From positions 640,001-704,000 of the forward strand of contig CAWJTV010000005.1 in the NCBI GenBank assembly GCA_963845755.1: a DNA stretch of 64,000 nt, given 5' to 3'. Below, one piece after another: positions 22,542-33,411 of this stretch. Numbering within the stretch: position 1 is the first letter of the stretch; each line of letters starts with the position of its first letter. Below the pieces are notes generated by a model that saw nothing but the letters and a program-made list of their open reading frames with translations, was not told the origin of the DNA and searched no databases. This stretch comes from an uncultured Planctomycetota bacterium (lineage in GTDB: Bacteria; Planctomycetota; Planctomycetia; Isosphaerales; Isosphaeraceae). The position numbers and the translations under genes were made by a program.

Positions 22542-22946
22542 TTATTTCCACCTTACGATCATGATGCGCGTGCCTTCACCGACCTGTGATCGGATATCGA
22601 ACTCATTCACTAACCGCTTGGCTCCTCCCAGTCCCAGGCCCATCCCGTGGCCGGTCGTATAACCGTCGTTCATCGCCAGGGCGATATCGGGGATCCCCGG
22701 ACCGTGGTCTTCGAAAGTGAGCCGGAGACCTCGTCGATTTCCCTCCTGAAGAGATTCAAAGAGAACCGTCCCTCCTCCTCCGTAGTTGAGCGAATTGCGC
22801 ACCAATTCGCTCGCCGCCGTGATCATCTTGGTCTGGTCGACCAGGCTGAATCCCAGCTCCGCGGTCCAGTTTCTCACCGCCTGGCGAATCAGCACGATGT
22901 CGGTGGAAGATCGAACCTCCATGGTGTCAGTCTTCGACACCGTCAT
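22542..22946 (-). CDS. rsbT: Stressosome Ser/Thr kinase RsbT
   Basis: LGFSLVDQTKMITAASELVRN..GGG..FEDHGPGIPDIALAMNDGYTTGHGMGLGLGGAKRLVNEF. Confidence 0.92.
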   Translation of the reverse strand: MTVSKTDTMEVRSSTDIVLIRQAVRNWTAELGFSLVDQTKMITAASELVRNSLNYGGGGTVLFESLQEGNRRGLRLTFEDHGPGIPDIALAMNDGYTTGHGMGLGLGGAKRLVNEFDIRSQVGEGTRIMIVRWK

Positions 22947-23322
22947 CGTTGGCCTCCCCGGGGCGTAACCCCATCGCAGCGCGTAAGAGGCCCATTCCCT
23001 TCTCGGCATCCAGCGCGGTCCGCACGCCCGGCAAGGACAGTCCCAGTTCGACGAGCGTGATGGCTACAGCCGGCCGGATTCCCACCACGACCGTCTCGGC
23101 GTCGAGGACGCGCGACATGCTCGCAATGTTGCCGATCATTCGACCGATGAACGAGTCCACCATGTCGAGCGCCGAGATGTCGATCAGAACTCCGCGGGCT
23201 CCCGTCTCGACGATGCGATTCGTGAGGTCCTCCTGGAGTGCCATCACCAGGCGGTCATGCATGTCCACCTGGATGGTAACGAGGAGGATTTCTCCTAATC
23301 GGAGGATCGGTATGTTTTCCAT
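22927..23322 (-). CDS. rsbS: Stressosome STAS protein RsbS
   Basis: IPILRLG..GVLIDISALDMVDSFIGR..VVGIRPAVAITLVELGL; overlaps the rsbT start. Confidence 0.93.
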   Translation of the reverse strand: MENIPILRLGEILLVTIQVDMHDRLVMALQEDLTNRIVETGARGVLIDISALDMVDSFIGRMIGNIASMSRVLDAETVVVGIRPAVAITLVELGLSLPGVRTALDAEKGMGLLRAAMGLRPGEANDDGVED

Positions 23323-23495
23323 GGTGGTCTTGCGATGTTCTCCTGGGAACGAGGCGAGAGAGAAGGCGAAGGACGATTCGATGCGGAAGTGGAGTTGGGC
23401 TCGGTCGAGGTACCTCGCCGCGTGAAGTAGGTCTCGAGCTGTGCGGCTCGCCCGCAACCCGATTTCCCGGGTTCGTCCGCGAGTCTCGGCGTCGG

Positions 23496-24374
23496 TCAGC
23501 TCGGTCCCGGCTTGATCCGGGTCACGGTTCGTCCCGTACGATCGAGGGCCACCGCGAAGGCGTCGGCGAGCGTGGCCTTGGTCGTGATATTTCCGAGGTC
23601 AACACCGAGGTGGACGATCGTCTGGGCAATCTGTGGGCGGATGCCGCTGATGATGCACTCCGCGCCCATGAGCCGGGCCGCGGTTACCGTCTTCATCAGA
23701 TGCTGTGCGGTGAGCGTATCGACCGTGGGTACGCCGGTGATGTCGATGATGGCGATCACCGAGCCGGTCTCCAGGATCCTCTGCAGCAGGCTTTCCATCA
23801 CCAGTTGGGTCCGGGCGGTATCCAGCGTTCCGATCATCGGAAGGGCGAGGATTCCCTCCCACAGCTTCACGACGGGTGTCAACAGCTCCAGCATGTCCTG
23901 TTGCTGCCGGTTGATCACCTCCTCGCGGCCTCTCTGATAGACTTCGGCCGTATAGAGTCCCAGGTTGTCCAGCAACTCGGTTGTCACCCAGGTGACATCG
24001 GCAAGCGACTGGGCATCACCGGCCAGTTCGCGGCGCAGGGACTCAAAGATCGGCTTCTTGAGCGAGAAGACGAACGAGGCGGTCTGCGAGGGACTGAAGC
24101 CCAGGGCCACCCTCGACCTGGAGAGATTCTCCAACAGCTCGCGCACTCCCTTCCACGGGGGAGTTTCAATGTCGGCGTCCTTCGATTGCACCAGGGTCGA
24201 CTTGAGCAGTTCAATGAACTCGGCGCTCTGATCGCGGATCTCCGATTCTTTCAGGGAAGTCCCCCGAGAACCCTGAGCCGACGATTGTTCCTTCATCCAA
24301 TCGGATAACAGAGTGGCCCCATGTCTGTTGAGGATCGTGGAGAGGCGATTGAGACTCTCACCGTTCTGGCTCAT
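23496..24374 (-). CDS. rsbR: Stressosome sensor RsbR (globin-like N-terminal domain + STAS)
   Basis: LSRSRVALGFSPSQTASFVFSLK N-domain; ELLTPVVKLWEGILALPMIGTLDTAR, IDITGVPTVDT, ISGIRPQIAQTIVHLG. Confidence 0.93.
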   Translation of the reverse strand: MSQNGESLNRLSTILNRHGATLLSDWMKEQSSAQGSRGTSLKESEIRDQSAEFIELLKSTLVQSKDADIETPPWKGVRELLENLSRSRVALGFSPSQTASFVFSLKKPIFESLRRELAGDAQSLADVTWVTTELLDNLGLYTAEVYQRGREEVINRQQQDMLELLTPVVKLWEGILALPMIGTLDTARTQLVMESLLQRILETGSVIAIIDITGVPTVDTLTAQHLMKTVTAARLMGAECIISGIRPQIAQTIVHLGVDLGNITTKATLADAFAVALDRTGRTVTRIKPGPS

Positions 24375-24408
24375 TTCATGTTCCTAACGCGGCCTTCGGC
24401 CGCAACAC

Positions 24409-24485
24409 AATCGGGATTCACGATTCGCGATTCCCCATGGACACTGGTTCGGGAATCGAGAACGTTGAATCACGAATCTTAATCT
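24409..24485. repeat. Inverted array of 7-nt tandem repeats (NNGATTC x3 / GAATCNN-like x4) upstream of rsbR
   Basis: GGGATTC-ACGATTC-GCGATTC (24413-24433) faces GAATCGA-GAACGTT-GAATCAC-GAATCTT (24453-24480). Confidence 0.6.
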
Positions 24486-24774
24486 GGGCACTCAGGGAAA
24501 GCAGGGATCCGCGGATTGCCGTTTCAAGCCGGCTCGTGCGTCGGAATCTCGTCCTGTCGGGGCGTCATCGTCAGGAGCAACCTCCCATTGTCCGTCTCGG
24601 TTTCGGACGTCACTCTTCCTCCGACGGCGAAGTCAGATATTCTAAGAGAATCCTCGACGTTTTGTTCAGGACTTCTCGGAAAATCTCGGGAGTCGGTGTC
24701 TGATGGGACTACCCGCGTCCCTGCCGAAAGACTTGGATGAGAGCGGGACTCCCATTCGGAGACCGCAATCTTCG

Positions 24775-26597
24775 ATGCACGCACGCACCCATAGATACCA
24801 TTTCTTCGACTCGTTGTCGATAATACCAGCGGTAATTGTGTTAGCAACCTTGGCGTGGGGAACGATTATCTACCCCGCCGGCGCAACGGAGCCGATCGGG
24901 GAGCCACAGCTCGAGCGGCCGACGCTCCACTCGCTGGGAGTCACGTGGATGGTGCGCGGCGATCTCGATCGAAAGGCGTCGATACGGCTGGAATCCCGCA
25001 AGGCCGGGGCGACGCCATGGCGGAGCGGGGCACCCCTGTTTCGTGTGGAGCGTGGTGCGCACAGGAGGGAGCGATTCGGTAGCCGTCTGGAGGTCCCGGA
25101 GGATAGCTGGCTGTTCTCGGGGAGCGTCCTTTTCCTCGAGCCGGCGACTTCGTACGAGATCCGACTGACGCTGGTCGATCCGCCGCTCGGAACACGCGGG
25201 GACGAGCGGCGACGACGAGCCGAGTCTTGCGCGCCGCGACGCGCGCGGAGCCGCGGATTCCCGCCGGGGCGCGGCGACGGCACGTCGTCCCGGGCTCCGG
25301 CGGCGGCAGCGGTTCGCAGGACGATCCCTATCGCGGCCTGGCTGCCGCCCATTCGGCGTCGATCCCTGGCGAGGTCTACCTGCTCCACGCTGGGGTCTAT
25401 CCCGGACCCTGGGTCATCCGTCACAGTGGCACACCGGAGAAGCCCATCGTCTGGGCTGCGGCCGGCGACGGTCCGGCGGTCATCGACGGTCGGGGAGACT
25501 CTTCCCAGCGACCCACTCACGCCATCGAGGCTTCGGGAGCCCATGACGTCTGGTTTGAAGGACTCACGGTCCGCAACGCCATGCACGGCGTGACTTTTCA
25601 CGATGCCGCGCGCATCGTCGTCCGGCGCTGTCACATCTCGCAGGTCGATTACGGGATGAATGCGGCGCACAACACCCAGGGAAATGCCCAGGACCACTTC
25701 CTCGCGGATAACGTGATCGAGGGCCCCTCGACCTGGCCGCGCACGAAAGGAATTGAGGAAGCTCGCGGCATCCAGATCACCGGCGAAGGACATGTGATTT
25801 GTTACAACCGCATCAAGGGCTTCGCCGACGCGATCGATACCTTTCCTTCGCCCCGCTGTGCCGGCATCGACATCCAGAACAACGAGCTGAGCGAACTCAC
25901 GGACGACGGGATCGAGATGGATTACTCCGAGCGGAACAACCGATGCTTCTTCAATCGCATGACGAACGTCTTTCAGGGGATCTCGATGCAACCGGTCCAT
26001 GGCGGACCGGTTTACGTGTTCCGCAACGTGATGTATAACGTGGCGGTCGAGCCGTTCAAGTTGCACAACAGCCCCTCCGGCTGTCTGATCTTCCACAACA
26101 CTTCGCTAAAGCCAGGGATGCCCGCTTTGCTCTATACCTCCGAGAAAGTCCGGAACTGCTGGACGCGGAACAACGTGTTCGTCGGTGCAACGGCCGATTA
26201 TGCCTTCGATTGCACGGCCCCAATGGTCGATTGCGACTTCGACTACGACGGCTTCGGCGGCGGCCCGTTCCGGCTATTCCTCCGCTGGAACGGCGTGCGG
26301 TATTCGACATTGGACGACGTGCGAAAGCGTGCGCCGGTTCTGAACCATGCGATCCTGGTCGATTCGTCGAGGGCATTCGCTTCGAAGGCTCGGGCGCCGG
26401 AGAATGTGGCGCAGGCGCAGGCCATCCCCATCGATCTACGGCTCGCGCCTGGCTCGACGGCCATCGATGCCGGGCAGCCATTGCCGGGCCTCAACGATGG
26501 CTTCCGAGGTCGTGCGCCGGACCTCGGCGCGTACGAGCTGGGCGACCCACTGCCGCAGTACGGACCGCGCGAGGCCGTCAATCGGAACCGGCCGTAA
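24775..26597 (+). CDS. Secreted Fn3-like + right-handed parallel beta-helix repeat protein (pectin-lyase fold, putative polysaccharide-active enzyme); frameshift ~25220
   Basis: Signal/TM segment, PTLHSLGV..FSGSVLFLEPATSYEIRL, PGEVYLLHAGVY, repeated xxNxI turns (ADNVI, CYNRI, QNNEL, FRNVM, HNT, RNNVF), C-terminal AIDAG..APDLGAYE. Confidence 0.75.
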
Positions 26598-26872
26598 GGG
26601 CTGGTCCGTCGCCGCGGCAGCGGATCTGACAACTTGGCGAGTTCTTTCCCGTCGTCCCCCTATGGACGTCGGTCCTTCCAAGAGTCGCAACGGACGAGAC
26701 TCGGGAATTCAGCGCACCCGCGGATAAGAAAGCGACGGGCGTCCCGGCCGTTCCCTGATGGAGACGCTGGCCTTCTCCGCTACAATGGAGGGTCGGATGT
26801 AATGTGTTCAACTCGGCTGGACGAATCGCGAGGCTCGGAATGCAGGCGACGGTCGGTGTGGAAGGGAACACG

Positions 26873-29419
26873 ATGGGAGTGGCCGGCGAGGCCGAGATGG
26901 CCCCTGTGCCCGCACGCCCGCGCGTCAAGCCGGAGTTGCTGGCACCGGCCGGCGATCGGACTTGCTTGATCGCCGCGGTCGAGAACGGGGCCGACGCCGT
27001 CTACTTCGGCCTTCAGCGCCATAATGCCCGGATCCGAGCCCATAACTTCGATGGTGCGGATCTGCCCGAGGTCATGGGCTTGCTCCATCGACGGGGCGTG
27101 AGAGGTTACGTGACGCTGAACACGCTCGCCTTCACGAGCGAACTTCCCGACCTGGAGGCCACGGTACGTGAGCTGGTTTCGGGCGGCGTTCAACGCGCTG
27201 ATCGTCCAGGACATGGGCCTGGCGCGGCTGATTCGGGCAATCTCGCCGGACATCGAGATCCACGCCTCGACGCAGATGTCGATCACCAGCGCGGAGGGAG
27301 TTGAGCTGGCTCGCGACCTCGGCTGCTCGCGCGTGATCCTCGCCCGAGAGCTCTCACTCAACGAGATCGACCGCATCCATAAGGAGACCGACCTGCCGCT
27401 CGAAGTCTTCGTCCATGGTGCGCTGTGCGTGGCCTACTCCGGGCAATGTCTCACCAGCGAGGCTCTCGGGGGCCGGTCGGCCAATCGGGGCGAGTGTGCC
27501 CAGGCGTGCCGCATGCCCTATCAGATCGTTTGCGATGGCCGGCTCGTCAACCTCGATAACATCCAGTACCTCCTGAGCCCACAGGATCTCGCCGCCTACG
27601 ACCTGATCCCCCGGCTGATCGACCTGGGCGTCTCCAGCTTGAAGATCGAGGGCCGGCTCAAGACGGCCGAATACGTGGCGAACATCACGCGGCACTACCG
27701 TATGGCCATCGACGCGGCCTGGGCCGGACGGCCGATCGCTTTTTCACCTCGTGACGTCGAGGAGATGCAACTCTCATTCTCCCGCGGCTTTTCCCACGGA
27801 TTCCTCGACGGCAACGACCACAAGGTCCTTGTGCGGGGCGACTATTCCAAGAAGCGGGGGATTCTCCTGGGAGTGGTGGAATCGATCACGGCGGCCGGAG
27901 TGCTCCTGATGCTGGAAACCTCCGTCAAGCCCGGCGACGGCCTGGTGTTCGATGGTGACGAATCGATCGGCCGCGATGAACAGGGCGGCCGGGTTTTCGA
28001 GGTCATTCCGGTGGGGGCGAGGCGAACAACGCCCGCGACTGCCCGGGAAGCAGGCCGACGCATTGGGCCGTGTCGAGCTGCGGTTCGGGCGCCAGGCGAT
28101 CGATTTGCGCCGGCTGGCACCCGGGCAGCGGGTCTGGAAGACCGATGACCCCGAGCTGACGCGCCGGCTGCGCCGATCCTTCGAAGGCGCGCCGGGCCGC
28201 AAGGTGGACCTCGACATCACGGTCGTCGCCATCACCGGGGAGCCGCTTCGTGTCTCTGGGACAACGGCGACCGGCTACCGCGCAACCGCCGAATCGACCG
28301 AGCCCCTGGCGCACGCCGAGTCGCTGCCGGCCGATGAAGCACTCTTCACGGCACAGCTCGGCCGCATGGGCGGGACGATTTACCAGCTTCGCCGAGTGGA
28401 AGCCACGATCGAAGGTCAGCCGATGGTGCCGATGAGCCTGCTCAACCGGTTGCGCCGGCATCTCATCGAGCGGCTGGATACAGAAGCGACGAGCCCACTG
28501 ACCCGCGCGATCACGGCCGAGCCCGTACTGCCTAACCTGATCGAGTCCATCGCGGTCCGGCGCCAGCAACCAGCAGATGCGGTCGAGGTGTCCGTCCTAT
28601 GCCGGCGGACCGACCAGATCGAGGCGGCCGTCTCGCTGGGCATCGAGACCATCTATGCCGATTATCAGGACATCAAGGAGTATGATGGGGCGGTCACTGC
28701 GGCCCGTCGGGCGAACGCCGCCATCTACCTGGCGACACCGCGCATCGAGAAGCCTGGCGAAGGCAACATTTTCCACTACCTCGCCAAGCGCGGCGCCGAT
28801 GGCATCCTAGTGCGCAATGCCGGCGGGATGCACTACTGCGCCGAACGCGGGATCCCGTTCGTGGCGGATTTCTCGATGAACGCGGCCAACCCGCTCACGG
28901 TCGAGGTGCTTAAGACTCGGGGTGCTGTGCGGGTCACCGCGTCGTACGACTTGAATGTCGATCAGCTCCTGAACCTGCTCGACGCGACGCCGACTTCATG
29001 GCTCGAGGTCGTGATTCATCAGCAGATCCCAATGTTTCACATGGAGCACTGTGTCTACTGTGCGTTCCTGTCGCCTGGCACGGACGCGACCAACTGCGGC
29101 CGACCGTGCGACCATCACGATGTCAAGCTCCGCGATCGCGTCGGAACCGAGCACCCGCTGACGGCCGACGTGGGCTGTCGCAATACGCTTTTCAACGCCG
29201 TACCGCAGACCGCGGCTGAGTATCTGCCGCGGATTCTCGAGCACGGTGCGCGCCGCCCTCCGCATCGAGTTCCTCGACGACGCGCCGGGCGCGGTTGAGC
29301 GGACGATTCGTCTCTATCGGGAGGCGATCTCCGGTCAGCGTGACGGCAAGACCCTCTGGCGCGAACTGAAGGCTTCGAACCAGTACGGCGTCACGCGCGG
29401 GCCATTGGCTGTCCTCTGA
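26873..29419 (+). CDS. U32-family protein with DUF3656 (RlhA-like RNA hydroxylation enzyme / 'collagenase-like protease'); frameshifts ~27190, ~28060, ~29257
   Basis: PELLAPAG, GADAVYFG, HASTQMSI, ILARELS, EVFVHGALCVAYSGQC..SANRGECAQACR, LSPQDL, SLKIEGRLK, C-terminal MEHCVYC..CGRPC..GCRNTLFN. Confidence 0.88.
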
Positions 29420-29502
29420 GGCCGCCGATCGGTGGGGCACTTGGCGCCTGAGGATCACGCGTAGCTCCTCGGAGTCATCCCCGACAATCGCCCCGACCGC
29501 GG

Positions 29503-29817
29503 TCAATCTGTCTTCAGCTCGATCACGTAGTTGCGATGACGCTTGGTCCCGACGTTGGTGAGAAGATTGTCGATCTTGCCCTCGCCGACGACTCGAAACT
29601 CGACCTGGTCGTCGCGGAACTCGATGTCGCGGTCGTTCTCCGGATTGTCCGGGTCGGAGCTTCGGAGCTGGCCGCCCGACTCGACGAGGATCACGTAGTC
29701 GAGTCGATGGAGGTGTTTCTCCAGCGACTCACCCGGTGCCAGCGATACGTCCCAGACGCGCACGCGATCATTCTCGAAGAGCAACCGGGACCCCACCCAT
29801 TCGGATGGCTCGGCCAT
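29503..29817 (-). CDS. Small cupin-fold protein
   Basis: VGSRLLFENDRVRVWDVSLAPGE..HLHRLDYV..NVG..VIELK; SD GAGGAGG. Confidence 0.8.
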   Translation of the reverse strand: MAEPSEWVGSRLLFENDRVRVWDVSLAPGESLEKHLHRLDYVILVESGGQLRSSDPDNPENDRDIEFRDDQVEFRVVGEGKIDNLLTNVGTKRHRNYVIELKTD

Positions 29818-30064
29818 CGTCAGATCCTCCTCGTCCTGCCCGAGCTGCTTCGTGCCGCGCACCCGCACAGCTCGCTCCAGCCACTCCGCAGCACCCGTCG
29901 AAGCGGTCCACGCCCCCTCGGTCAGTCGAACTCAGCATGAGCCAACCTGCCAGTCACTGCAAGAACAATGTCCTGGCAAGGCGACTTTCTCGAGGCGAAA
30001 CGGGTCGTCATTTCACGGCCGAATCACGACGGTTGCGGCTTGCGATCGCGGAACGCCATCGGTC

Positions 30065-30550
30065 TCAGCACCGCGTGTCGAGGGAATAAGCGCCCGTCTG
30101 GGTGCGGTCGTCGAAATGTCCCCATGGTCTTCGCGGATCGCAGCGATGGTCGGTGTCACGCGGCAATTGCGGCGATTCGCCGGATGGGCTGACGCCGGCG
30201 CGGTCGGCCGGCGATGTGGTTTCCATCGTTGAGAGCCGCGTGATCTCGACCCACCGAGGAAATCGGGAGCTAACCCGGACGGATCGATTAAAACCGACGG
30301 TGCCGATCGACAGCCCCAGGGCGGACAGCGCCATCGCGGTGTCCGGCCCGAATTTCAACGTCAGCCAACCGGGGCCGTCAACATGTCCCTGGTAGGGTGT
30401 GATGGAATAATTCGCCGGAAGGCGAAAGCTCGCCGTACAGGCTCCATCCGGCGTGATCAAGCCGAGTACATACCCCTTGTAGCTGATCGACCAGCGGGTG
30501 TGCGCGGGCATGTGGAGCGAAGTTGTGCCCGGTTGACGATGTGCGTCCAT
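30065..30550 (-). CDS. Hypothetical protein (orphan; boundaries uncertain)
   Basis: ORF with a globular-looking core (RWSISYKGYVLGLITPDG..GPGWLTLKFGPD..RFPRWVEIT); no family recognised. Confidence 0.4.
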   Translation of the reverse strand: MDAHRQPGTTSLHMPAHTRWSISYKGYVLGLITPDGACTASFRLPANYSITPYQGHVDGPGWLTLKFGPDTAMALSALGLSIGTVGFNRSVRVSSRFPRWVEITRLSTMETTSPADRAGVSPSGESPQLPRDTDHRCDPRRPWGHFDDRTQTGAYSLDTRC

Positions 30551-30786
30551 GTCGTTGCTTCCATGCTGCGGATGAGATTCAGACTCTGCGGAGGTCCATC
30601 GAGATCCCACCGAAGAAACCCCGATCATCACATGTTAGGCAATTCGGCGCCTTGATTGCAAGACCAAAGGCACAAAAAGGGGTTGGGAGAAAGGCGCGGC
30701 GCCGGACCATCCGCCCATGTGTCGCGGCGCATGCGCGCCTCTGTATATGGTCGAATGTCCACAATGGCGTGACGCCGCCCTGGTTG

Positions 30787-30802
30787 CTAGTCTAGGTTAG
30801 AC
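30787..30802. promoter_or_regulatory. CTAG-rich operator candidate upstream of the RHH gene
   Basis: CTAGT-CTAGG-TTAGA-C containing the perfect inverted repeat GTCTA-GGT-TAGAC (30790-30802). Confidence 0.4.
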
Positions 30803-30848
30803 ACGAATTGGACCACCGCCCATTGGAACCAGTCATGGAGGGCTGAAC

Positions 30849-31083
30849 ATGGCTCGACGCACCTCATCCGCACCGCCGCGCAATGGGGCCGAACCCACGC
30901 CCGGGAGCAACCCCAGGCGGATCGAGAAAGCCACCATCAACCTCCGCCTCCCCCTGGAAGCCCTGATGCGATTGAAGGTCCATTGTGCGCCTCGAGCGGC
31001 GAACGGCGTCCGACGTGGTGACCGATCTGATCGAGCAGAATCTGACCAAACACAAGGTCGTTACGCTCGAGGATGAGGAGTAG
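30849..31083 (+). CDS. Small ribbon-helix-helix (ParG/CopG-like) DNA-binding protein; frameshift ~30990
   Basis: Reconstructed MARRTSS..RIEKATINLRLPLEALMRLKVHCALERRTASDVVTDLIEQNLTKHKVVTLEDEE*; SD GGAGG. Confidence 0.65.
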
Positions 31084-31221
31084 ACCCCGGCGGGCTCAAC
31101 ACGGCCGAGAGGCGCAACGCCACCCGGTCGATGAAGGTCCGGCGCGGCGGGGGAGTTCCGGACTCACAACCTCTCGGCACTCGCTCGTGTTCGTCGATCG
31201 GCTCTCAAATCGCTCGAGGCT

Positions 31222-33117
31222 TCAACCCTTCGATCCGGTGGCTTCTGCCTTGGCCTCGTCGGGTGGGATCCAGTCGGGACCGAGCCCGGCTTGCTGGCGA
31301 AGCCAACCCATCCAGTGCTCGATCAGCTCACCTTCTGCCTGGGCACGGGCGACCATCTTGTATCGGAACTCGTCGCCATTGGGCGCGTACAATGCAGCGA
31401 AGGAGGCCGGCTCGCGATGATCGAGGGCCAGGACATAGAATATCGTTTCGGGTTGGTTGGGTGCGACCGCGGCCGAGCCGGTCTGGAGCGAGAAGTAGGC
31501 GTTTCGAAACGCATCGCCCGGATGGGGGACTTCGGGGATCGGCGACTCCTCGGGTTGCTCGATTTCAAATCGACCGGTGAGCAGGGTCGACTGTCGCCGC
31601 GCGATCGGAGGGATCGTCAGGACTCGGTATCCTTCGATCGTATTCTCCTTGATGGTACCCCCCTTGCTCTTGATCTGCTCGGCCATTCGATCGGCGGCCT
31701 TTTGTGCAAGGGGACGCGCCTGCTTCATCTTCCAGGCCAGCGAGACCTGCGAACGAACTTCGTCCAGGGTTGGGATGCGGGGTGGTACGTCCTTCAACTT
31801 GCGGACGAGGTATCGCGTCCCCATGATGTCGGTCAGCTCCTCCGGTTCGAAGAGAGTTGAACTTGGGGTCGAAGAATTCGTCGGCGAACTTGCGACCGCC
31901 ACTGAGCCGCGTCAGGCCGATCTCGGCGCCAGAGACCTGTCCATACGCGCTCGGCTTCCTCCCGGGAGAGCATCGGCGTGATCTCGTAGCCGAGCCCCTC
32001 TTTCTTGGCGAGGTCTCGGAGATCGGACGGCTCGGGAAGCGTTTCCTTGCTAATGGACCCCTGGCTCTTGCTTTCCTCCATCTCCGTCAGCGCGGAATGG
32101 TACCGGTCGGCGAAGGGGAACAGCTCGTTCTTCTTGATCGCCTCGAACTGCTCGATGATCTTCGACTGGGCCTTCTCCTCGGCCAGCGCGGCGGCCAGGC
32201 TGGCTCGCACATCCTCGAAGGACATGAGGACCGGAGGGGTGAGGTCCGGCTGACCGGCGAAGAGGTCCGTCGGCAACTCGCTCTTGACCTGGTACTCGAC
32301 CTTATGATTCTCGTACGCCGTGCGGAGCTCGGCCTCGCTCAATCGATCCTTGATGCCTCGGCTCAGGGCATTGCCGTCGATCGAGAGGATCTCAACCTGC
32401 ACCTGGCGGGGGATCTTGAAGCCGGGGGTCGGGCGCGACGGGTCGGAGATGACGGCCTTGTACTGATCGTAGAAGGACTGGATCTCCTGCGGCGAGGGCT
32501 CGGGGACCTGGGCGAGGAACTTGTCCGCCGGGATCTCCACGACCTTGGCGGCGACGCGCTCGTTCTGATCGCGATAGGCGCGGAAGACATCGTACGGGGT
32601 AATAATGGGGGCACCGAGGAGCTGACGGACGTTCGCCAGTCGCACTTGATTGGCGATATCGACCAGGATCTGGTCGCCGCTAACCTGGTTGTTGAACCGG
32701 GCAAGGATCGCCTCGAACAGCTCGCGGGTCATCCGCATCCGGCCCTGGCCCACCTGTTTGAGCCAGAGCCGCCCCATCTCGGCATTGGCCGGGATGCCCA
32801 GCCGATCGGCCTCGTGCTCGAGGATCAGTGCATCGACGATGTCCCGGTTCTTGAGACCGCCGAACGGGGTCTGCCCCAGGTACGGGTTCCACATCGACAC
32901 GAACTGGTTCGCGTTGCTTCGTTGCATCGCCATCTGGTTGAGGGCGCGTATGGTAAATCGTCTTCCCATACAGCGTGACGACCGGCTGATCGCGCCCGGC
33001 GTAGCTGGGACTCAGCAGTTTCGGCAGGCTGTCGGAGACCACGAAACCGAACATGGCCAGGATGGCGAAGACGGCGAGCAGCTTGCGCTGATGGCGACGA
33101 AAGACCTCAAACGACAT
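31222..33117 (-). CDS. Membrane-anchored SurA-N/PpiD-like periplasmic chaperone; frameshifts ~32950, ~31945, ~31862
   Basis: MSFEVFRRHQRKLLAVFAILAMFGFVV anchor, LILEHEADRLGI, EPSPQEIQSFYDQYK, SEAELRTAYENHK, SFEDVR, PTLDEVRSQV. Confidence 0.7.
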
Positions 33118-33411
33118 GGAGTTCCTCGAGTTTCGATCGTGGCGTCCGAGTGGGCCCGCGACCGGGACCAACGACAGACCCGAACCGCCGGCCGCGGGGG
33201 TGTTTCCGGAGCCCCCCTCTTGACAGGCGCCGATACCCTAGCTTATGCCGCTTAGAGATCGGGATTCGGCGTCTGAACCGCGGAGGACCATGCTTCATCG
33301 TACCAAGATCTGACGTCAGGACAATCTCAATCGTCGTTCGACGGCCTCGAATACCGTCGAGTAGGATCGTCCAAAGTCGTTAATGGAAAACAGGATAGGT
33401 GGGAACGCATC

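Noticed and set aside
23323..23495. 173-nt gap between rsbR and rsbS as a small gene or ncRNA
   Set aside because: Only short weak hairpins and no convincing ORF with an SD; insufficient support
29820..31220. Prophage or integrative element around the RHH gene
   Set aside because: No integrase, att-like direct repeats, transposase or phage genes seen
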